Shown here: one piece after another, positions 26,034 through 32,000 of the stretch
How the letters are laid out: each line of letters starts with the position of its first letter
Position numbering within the stretch: the stretch's first letter is position 1
NCBI RefSeq assembly: GCF_004365815.1
Contig: NZ_SODD01000013.1
Location: forward strand, 1-32,000
Source of the DNA: Breznakia blatticola
GTDB taxonomy: Bacteria > Bacillota_I > Bacilli_A > Erysipelotrichales > Erysipelotrichaceae
Length of the DNA stretch: 32,000 nucleotides
Reading direction: 5' to 3'
The notes under the pieces: generated by a model
The model's database searches: none
Seen by the model: the letters and a program-made list of their open reading frames with translations, nothing else
What the model was told of the DNA's origin: nothing
Program-made: the position numbers and the translations under genes

Positions 26034-26071
26034 AAGAAAAACGCATTTACGTTCTTGCACGTGGAAATGCG
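26034..26071 (-). terminator. Rho-independent terminator overlapping the 3' end of xerC
   Basis: Minus strand: CGCATTT-cc-ACGT-gcaaga-ACGT-AAATGCG (11 bp with a 2-nt bulge), followed by TTTTTCTT. The xerC stop codon TAA lies in the 3' arm. Confidence 0.6.
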
Positions 26072-26952
26072 CTTTCATATGTTGATTTTAATTTATCTTG
26101 ACTTATATGTGTATAAATCTGGGTTGTGCTTAGTGAACTATGCCCCAACAACTCTTGTACAATTCGTAAATCTGCACCATTATCTAGTAAATGTGTCGCA
26201 AAACTATGACGTAACATATGTGGATGAACATGCATGTTCAAACCACTTTGCAATACACATTGATTGAGTATGTATTGAATTCCCCGACTTGTAAGTTGTT
26301 TTCCTTTTTGATTGATAAACACATATCCATGCGTTTCATGAGTCCATCTTTCTCTTATTGTTTTTAAATATGTATCCACTAGTTTTCCAACTCGATCATA
26401 AAATGGAACCATGCGCTGCTTATCACCTTTACCAGTGACAATTAGTGTTTGATCTGCAAAATCAATATCACTGATTTTTAGATTCACCGCTTCACTGACC
26501 CGTAAGCCACAAGCATACATTAATTCAAACATCGCACGATTACGTAAACCGACTTCATCATGTATATCCATCGCATCTAGTAATTGATCCAATTCATCTT
26601 CAAATAAGAACTCAGGAATCTTTTTATCGATTTTTGGCATCTTTACATAATGAAATGGGTTGTTTGATATTCCAATATATTCATTTAAATAAGCGAAAAA
26701 TGAACGTAAGGAACTCAGTTTTCTAGCAATGCTACTATTTTTAAGTGGCCCTTGTAAACTTGTACGATTTCGCAGCTCTACAATATAGTTACTCACAACT
26801 AAGCGATCCACTTCTTCAAAACCATTTAGACTTTCTTGATTCATAAATTGCATAAAGTCATCAATATCTCGTTTGTATGCTTCATACGTATGTTCACTAC
26901 CAGAGTTTCTTTGCTTGGTGTAGTTTAAGAAACGTTCAACGTATTCATTCAT
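26047..26952 (-). CDS. xerC: tyrosine recombinase XerC (CodV-like)
   Basis: 301 aa with an N-terminal SAM-like core-binding domain. Catalytic residues are in context: [18 protein letters not shown] and [15 protein letters not shown]. The position after trmFO matches B. subtilis codV. It overlaps trmFO by 4 nt. Confidence 0.85.
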   Translation of the reverse strand: MNEYVERFLNYTKQRNSGSEHTYEAYKRDIDDFMQFMNQESLNGFEEVDRLVVSNYIVELRNRTSLQGPLKNSSIARKLSSLRSFFAYLNEYIGISNNPFHYVKMPKIDKKIPEFLFEDELDQLLDAMDIHDEVGLRNRAMFELMYACGLRVSEAVNLKISDIDFADQTLIVTGKGDKQRMVPFYDRVGKLVDTYLKTIRERWTHETHGYVFINQKGKQLTSRGIQYILNQCVLQSGLNMHVHPHMLRHSFATHLLDNGADLRIVQELLGHSSLSTTQIYTHISQDKLKSTYESAFPRART

Positions 26953-28241
26953 AATGTTTCAACAATACGTTGTATCTCTTCAATTGCTTGCTTAGCATAT
27001 GCTGCTTTACGCTCGCGTTTTTTCACTTTACTTTCCAATTGCATAATTCCAAAGTTTGCATTCATTGGTTGAAAGTAAGCTGGATTGGTGTGAGTAATAT
27101 AGTATGCTTGTGCACCAATTGCAGTCGTCGGTGGTAAAATAATTGGCTCTTTTTCTTCTAATAGACGTGCCATATTAATTCCAGCAAGTGCTCCACTTGC
27201 TGTACTTTCTACATAACCTTCGACTCCACACATTTGACCTGCAAAGAATAAGTTATCTCTGATTTGACTTTGGTATGTTTGCTTTAAACACTTCGGTGCA
27301 CACATAAATGTATTACGGTGCATAACTCCATAACGAACAATTTCACAGTTTTCTAAACCTGGAATCATTTGTAATATACGTTTTTGTTCAGGCCATTTTA
27401 AATGCGTTTGAAACCCTACAATGTTGTATAACGTTGCAGCTGCATCATCTTGACGTAGTTGAACAACCGCATATGGTTTATGGTTCTCATCTTTTTCTAA
27501 ACCAACTGGTTTCATCGGTCCAAAAAGTAAAGTTTTTTCTCCACGTTTTGCAATTTCTTCAAATGGCATACATCCTTCAAAGTATTTCTCATCTTCAAAC
27601 TCTTTTGGTACAACTACTTCTGCATGAATAAGTTCTTGATAAAACTTTGTGAATTCTTCCTCACTCATTGGACAGTTGATATAATCAGCTTCCCCTTTAT
27701 CATATCTAGATTTGTAGTATGCCTTTGTAAAGTCAATACTATCCTTTTCAATAATTGGAGCTGCTGCATCATAGAAATGCAAATACTCTTGATCAAACAA
27801 ATCTTTAATATGTTCAGAAAGCGCATCACTTGTTAGTGGTCCTGTTGCCACAATAACATTGCCTTCAGGAATTTCTGTGAGTTCTTCTTCAATTACTTCA
27901 ACTAATGGATGTTCTTTAATAACTTTTGTGACAGAAGCACTAAAACCTGCTCGGTCTACAGCTAGTGCGCTACCGGCAGGTACTTGGTGCTCGTCAGCTT
28001 TACTAATGATTAGCGAATCTAACATACGTAGTTCTTCTTTCATAATTCCAACAGCATTTTCAAGTGCATTAGAACGTAATGAATTACTACATACGAGTTC
28101 GGCAAAATCACTTGTGTGGTGTGCAGCAGTCATTTTCTTTGGTCGCATTTCGTAAAGTTTTACTTTGATTCCTCGTTTAACGAGTTGCCAAGTAGCTTCA
28201 CTTCCGGCCAAACCTGCACCGATGACGATTACTTCTTTCAT
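26949..28241 (-). CDS. trmFO: methylenetetrahydrofolate--tRNA-(uracil-5-)-methyltransferase TrmFO (Gid)
   Basis: FAD site [15 protein letters not shown]. 430 aa. GQ..GVEGY.ES motif present. Conserved topA-trmFO-xerC context. Confidence 0.9.
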   Translation of the reverse strand: MKEVIVIGAGLAGSEATWQLVKRGIKVKLYEMRPKKMTAAHHTSDFAELVCSNSLRSNALENAVGIMKEELRMLDSLIISKADEHQVPAGSALAVDRAGFSASVTKVIKEHPLVEVIEEELTEIPEGNVIVATGPLTSDALSEHIKDLFDQEYLHFYDAAAPIIEKDSIDFTKAYYKSRYDKGEADYINCPMSEEEFTKFYQELIHAEVVVPKEFEDEKYFEGCMPFEEIAKRGEKTLLFGPMKPVGLEKDENHKPYAVVQLRQDDAAATLYNIVGFQTHLKWPEQKRILQMIPGLENCEIVRYGVMHRNTFMCAPKCLKQTYQSQIRDNLFFAGQMCGVEGYVESTASGALAGINMARLLEEKEPIILPPTTAIGAQAYYITHTNPAYFQPMNANFGIMQLESKVKKRERKAAYAKQAIEEIQRIVETL

Positions 28242-28242
28242 A

Positions 28243-30477
28243 TTATTCCTCAGATTCTGTACGACTAGCTTCTTTTGCTTTTGTCGTCTTTTTTGTTGTT
28301 GCTTTTTTTGTCGTTTTCTTTTTCGCCTTAGTTTCTACAACTTCTTCTGCTTCTGATTTTGCAGTTGCATCAACCTCTTCATCTTTTGGTTTTTCTTCTT
28401 TTTTAATATAACGGCATTTCGGATATCCTGAACATCCAACAAACATTTTTCCGTATCTTGATTTACGTTCAACTAATGGCTTTCCACATTCAGGACACAT
28501 CTCTCCCGTTTCTTTTGGTGGTTGGCGATCACTTTTAATGTATTTACATTCTGGATAATTTGCACACGCATAGAACTCACCAAAACGTCCACGCTTTTTC
28601 ACTAATGGACCACCACATTTTGGACAGGTCTCATCAATTTTATCTTCTTCATCTTGTTTTACATATTTACATTCTGGATAGTTGCTACAAGCAACAAAGT
28701 CTCCATAACGTCCTTTACGGATTACAAGTTCATGACCACATTCAGGACACATCTCACCTGTTTTCTCTGCTTCGATTTTTTCCATTTTGTCGTATGCTTC
28801 TTGCAATAATGGTTCAAAACGGTCATAGAATTTACGTAACTCTTTTACGTAATCCTTTTGTCCCTCAGCAATTTCATCAAGTTCATTCTCCATTGCTGCT
28901 GTGTATTTCACATTAATGATATCAGAGAAGAATTCTTGTAATTTCTTATCTGTTAACTCCCCTTGTTCTGTTGGGAAGAATACTTTTGTTTTTGTTGTTT
29001 CTGTTGGTTTTCGTAAGTCTGCATATCCACGTGCTTGCAATGTATCAATAATCATTGCATATGTAGAAGGACGTCCGATTCCTTGTTCTTCAAGTTCTTT
29101 AATTAAACGTGCTTCGCTATAACGTTTTGGTGGTTCAGTGAAGTGTTGTTTACCTTCAAGTTTCACATCATTTAAGATTTCACCTTCTTCAAGTACTGGT
29201 AAGACTTCATCTTTACTTGATTCATAGTCTTTATATACTTTTAAGTACCCATCAAAAGTCAACACCGAACCTGTTGCATTAAACTGTGCATCGTTATTTA
29301 CGATTTGTACAACCATACTATCACTTTTTGCTGGTGCCATTAATGATGCAAGTGTACGTGCATAAATCAATTTATATAGTTTATATTGATCTGCAGTTAA
29401 GTAACTTTTGATTGACTCAGGTGTACGATTCACATCAGTAACACGACATGCTTCATGGGCATCTTGTGAATTTGCATCTTTCTTTTGACGCACACTTCCA
29501 ACGTATTCTTTTCCGTACGTGCTTTCAATGTATGCAAGTGCACTACCTGTAAACACTTCACTTAAACGCGTTGAATCTGTACGCATGTAAGAGATAAGAC
29601 CCTCAACACCCGTACCAATTTCAATACCTTCATATAGTTTTTGTGCAGTTGACATCGTCTTCTTTGCACTAAAATTTAACTTTGTACTTGCCTCTTGTTG
29701 TAATGATGAAGTAGTAAATGGCAGCTTAGAAGCTTTCTTCTTTACTTTCTTATCAATCGATTGCACAACATAATCACCTGTACAAGAAGCTATGATTGCA
29801 TCACTTTGTTCTTGGTTTGCGATTTTTGCAGTTTTTCCTTTATATTTTTTCAATTCAGCAACAAATGAATCATTTTTCTTATTCACTAATGCATCAATTG
29901 TCCAATATTCTTCTTGTATAAACGCACGAATTTCATTTTCACGTTCTATGATTAAATGTAATGCAACTGATTGTACACGTCCAGCGGATTTACTTTTAAT
30001 TTTTGAACGTAATAAAGTTGATAGACGAAACCCAATGATACGATCAAGAATACGTCTTGTTTCTTGTGACTTTACTAAATCTTGATCAATTTTTCTTGGA
30101 TTTTCAAATGCTTCAATAACAGCAGGTTTTGTAATCTCATGAAAAATAATACGATTTTGTTTATCTTGATCTAAACCAAGTTCATCAGCTAAGTGCCAAG
30201 CGATCGCTTCTCCTTCACGGTCCGGATCACTTGCAAGATATACTTCATCACTTTTTTTGGCAAGTGCTTTCAATTCCTTTACAGTTGCTTTCTTTTCCTT
30301 ACTTATTTTATAAGTTGGTTCGAAATTATTATCTACATCGATCCCTAACCCACCTTTTCCAGATGTGGCTAAATCACGTATATGTCCTTTACTTGATACG
30401 ACTTGAAAATCGCTACCAAGGTATTTTTCTATGGTCTTTGATTTGGAAGGTGACTCCACAATTACTAATTTTTTCAT
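28243..30477 (-). CDS. topA: DNA topoisomerase I
   Basis: TOPRIM N-terminus ([31 protein letters not shown]). Active-site region ISYMRTDS. Three C-terminal CxxC...CxxxxxC zinc ribbons and a Lys-rich tail. Confidence 0.95.
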   Translation of the reverse strand: MKKLVIVESPSKSKTIEKYLGSDFQVVSSKGHIRDLATSGKGGLGIDVDNNFEPTYKISKEKKATVKELKALAKKSDEVYLASDPDREGEAIAWHLADELGLDQDKQNRIIFHEITKPAVIEAFENPRKIDQDLVKSQETRRILDRIIGFRLSTLLRSKIKSKSAGRVQSVALHLIIERENEIRAFIQEEYWTIDALVNKKNDSFVAELKKYKGKTAKIANQEQSDAIIASCTGDYVVQSIDKKVKKKASKLPFTTSSLQQEASTKLNFSAKKTMSTAQKLYEGIEIGTGVEGLISYMRTDSTRLSEVFTGSALAYIESTYGKEYVGSVRQKKDANSQDAHEACRVTDVNRTPESIKSYLTADQYKLYKLIYARTLASLMAPAKSDSMVVQIVNNDAQFNATGSVLTFDGYLKVYKDYESSKDEVLPVLEEGEILNDVKLEGKQHFTEPPKRYSEARLIKELEEQGIGRPSTYAMIIDTLQARGYADLRKPTETTKTKVFFPTEQGELTDKKLQEFFSDIINVKYTAAMENELDEIAEGQKDYVKELRKFYDRFEPLLQEAYDKMEKIEAEKTGEMCPECGHELVIRKGRYGDFVACSNYPECKYVKQDEEDKIDETCPKCGGPLVKKRGRFGEFYACANYPECKYIKSDRQPPKETGEMCPECGKPLVERKSRYGKMFVGCSGYPKCRYIKKEEKPKDEEVDATAKSEAEEVVETKAKKKTTKKATTKKTTKAKEASRTESEE

Positions 30478-30530
30478 TTACTACCTCCGACTTACATCAA
30501 GTATATTCACTTTTGTTCATTTGTCAACAC

Positions 30531-31262
30531 CTACAATTCAGCGATTGTTTCATTATCTACGATAATGTTTGCCCCTTCTTGAATCAATACATTGCAACCA
30601 CTTACATGATTTTCTACAAATGAATATGGAAATACATAGACTTCTTTATTTAGTTCAATTGCTTCATTTACCGTAAGCATAGTACCACTTCGTTTACTTG
30701 CTTCAATCACGATTAGTTTCTCACCAAGTGCTGCGATTAAACGATTGCGCAAAGGAAAATGAAATGAAAATGGACGCGATCCATTTGGATACTCACTTAA
30801 CAATAAATGATGACTTTCAATTTCTTTATATAAAAAGCTATTGCACTTTGGATAGTGAATATCCAGTCCACAACCTACAATGGCAATGGTCTTTCTTGTG
30901 TGCAGTGATAATTGATGGATATATGCATCTACTCCCTTAGCAAGTCCACTGACACTTACATATTCTTTGTTTACATATCGCATAAGCGTTTCACAATTAT
31001 ATCTGCCTTGGCGAGTCATGATGCGCGAACCAACAACTGCAATTTTGCGTTTATTTAGTAATGATATATCCCCTTTATAGTACAGAACATAGGGTGGATA
31101 TTTTAACAACAGAAACTCTTGCGGATACACATCATCTAGTATTGTAATATATGGATCTGGATACGTAATGGATTCGTATGCTTCATTATGTAAAATTGCT
31201 CTTTTAATTGCATGTACATCGCCATCATATTTCACACTATAATATAGTAATCTTTCTCTCAT
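30531..31262 (-). CDS. dprA: DNA processing protein DprA (Smf)
   Basis: Rossmann-like core (IAVVGSR..T..G, SGLAKGVDAYIH, FP.RNRLIA, VIEA..RSG...T). I call the start at ATG 31262 (AGAGGTG RBS 6 nt upstream) rather than the GTG at 31271. Confidence 0.85.
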   Translation of the reverse strand: MRERLLYYSVKYDGDVHAIKRAILHNEAYESITYPDPYITILDDVYPQEFLLLKYPPYVLYYKGDISLLNKRKIAVVGSRIMTRQGRYNCETLMRYVNKEYVSVSGLAKGVDAYIHQLSLHTRKTIAIVGCGLDIHYPKCNSFLYKEIESHHLLLSEYPNGSRPFSFHFPLRNRLIAALGEKLIVIEASKRSGTMLTVNEAIELNKEVYVFPYSFVENHVSGCNVLIQEGANIIVDNETIAEL

Positions 31263-31288
31263 GTTATACACCTCTGTATATATATAGG

Positions 31289-31324
31289 AAGAAAAAAAGA
31301 AATATCCTTGATAGATACTTCTTT
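31289..31324 (-). terminator. candidate terminator after rnhB
   Basis: Minus strand: AAAGAAGTATC-tatcaag-GATATTTCTTT (11 bp, one G-U), followed by TTTTCTTCC. It starts 2 nt after the rnhB stop. Confidence 0.5.
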
Positions 31325-31325
31325 A

Positions 31326-31946
31326 CTAAAAATCAAAATGCATTTGTAGTGCTCTAGCGACCGGTGCATAACTGCGTCGATGGATTGGCAGTACTCCATA
31401 TGTATTAAGTGCAGCCATATGTTGTTTGGTTGGATATCCTTTATGCTTATCAAATCCATACTCTGGATACATTTTACTATATTCTTTCATTATACGATCA
31501 CGGGTTACTTTCGCAAGAATGCTTGCCGCTGCAATATTAACACTTTTTTGATCACCTTTAATTATAGGTTCAACAATTTTTCCTTCAACTTGAAATTTCA
31601 TCGCATCACTTAAAACAACATCAGCAATTTCACACTCAGCAGCAATTTTCATCATCGTTTGTTTTGTTGCTTCGTAGATATTTAAACGATCAATTGTCGC
31701 TTCATCGATAATTTCAATAGAAAAATATAGTGCTTCTTCTTTTATATAGTCATAAAGTGCTTCACGCTTTTTTTCACTAAGCTTTTTTGAATCATAAATC
31801 TCGGGATGACTAAATCCCATTGGAAAACATACACCTGCAACAACTAGTGGACCAGCCAAAGGACCTCGCCCAGCTTCATCGATACCGATTACTTGTTGGT
31901 AGCCTTGGTTTTCGTATTGTATTTCATACTCATTCGTGCACTGCAT
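31326..31946 (-). CDS. rnhB: ribonuclease HII
   Basis: GIDEAGRGPLAGPLVVAG catalytic motif, plus DSKKL and ASI.AK..RD. I call the start at ATG 31946 (MQCTNEYE...), which overlaps the stop of the upstream ORF. Confidence 0.9.
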   Translation of the reverse strand: MQCTNEYEIQYENQGYQQVIGIDEAGRGPLAGPLVVAGVCFPMGFSHPEIYDSKKLSEKKREALYDYIKEEALYFSIEIIDEATIDRLNIYEATKQTMMKIAAECEIADVVLSDAMKFQVEGKIVEPIIKGDQKSVNIAAASILAKVTRDRIMKEYSKMYPEYGFDKHKGYPTKQHMAALNTYGVLPIHRRSYAPVARALQMHFDF

Positions 31947-32000
31947 CAGTTCGCTCCCAAGTAATCTTTCCAAAACGATTGGCACGAATATCTTTCATAA
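31930..32000 (-). CDS. rbgA: 3' end of ribosome biogenesis GTPase A (RbgA/YlqF), truncated by window edge
   Basis: An open frame enters from the window edge and ends ...KDIRANRFGKITWERTDAVHE-TGA at 31930. The D(F/I)R..K.G.I(S/T).E tail and the position directly upstream of rnhB match B. subtilis ylqF. Only 23 codons are visible. Confidence 0.45.
   Translation of the reverse strand, partial: MKDIRANRFGKITWERTDAVHE

Noticed and set aside
31259-31459. A 66-aa minus-strand ORF spanning the rnhB 3' end and the rnhB-dprA spacer.
   Set aside because: It overlaps rnhB out of frame and runs through the predicted terminator hairpin. Nothing is recognisable in its sequence.
1-32000. A search for CRISPR arrays, tRNA/rRNA genes, IS elements or transposases, prophage genes, restriction-modification, toxin-antitoxin and other known defence hallmarks.
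   Set aside because: I saw no tandem repeat-spacer structure, no cloverleaf-like candidates in intergenic regions, and no nuclease, helicase, methylase or transposase-like ORFs. All intergenic regions are under 400 nt and are accounted for by promoters, leaders and terminators.

Overview
This window is a gene-dense core-chromosome segment of a low-GC Firmicute. The organism is probably an anaerobe of the Erysipelotrichia/Clostridia type, but that is inference only. Almost every gene is on the minus strand. Read from 32000 downward, the order is rbgA(3' end)-rnhB-dprA-topA-trmFO-xerC | rpsB-tsf | [adhesin; DUF134 + Mrp/NifX] | pyrH-frr-uppS-cdsA-dxr-rseP | [AT-rich acyltransferase cassette] | two aminopeptidases | hlyIII(+) | smc-ftsY-ylxM-ackA-nrnA | AIM24-family gene. 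This largely matches the Bacillus subtilis order ylqF-rnhB...topA-gid-codV...rpsB-tsf-pyrH-frr-uppS-cdsA-dxr-rasP. That match makes the interruptions easy to see.

I found no rRNA, tRNA, CRISPR array, transposase, integrase other than XerC, or recognisable defence or toxin module.

The parts worth a second look are:
- A 5.6-kb block that splits the normally adjacent tsf and pyrH. It holds two units:
  - A two-gene operon of a DUF134 DNA-binding protein translationally coupled to an unusual four-module protein: N-terminal CX3CX2CX3C motif, Mrp/NBP35 P-loop ATPase, NifX/NifB-C-like cofactor-binding domain, and His-rich tail.
  - An orphan 1087-aa vWA + MucBP-like wall-anchored adhesin with a non-canonical sorting motif, preceded by a long AT-rich leader carrying a terminator-like hairpin.
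- A self-contained, very AT-rich acyltransferase-3 cassette (promoter, gene, terminator) bracketed by imperfect direct repeats.
- ylxM separated from ffh and overlapping ackA.
- A roughly 75-aa basic, GC-rich C-terminal tail on ribosomal protein S2.
- A short (985 aa) SMC.

Function calls come from motif recognition in the supplied translations. No database search was possible.
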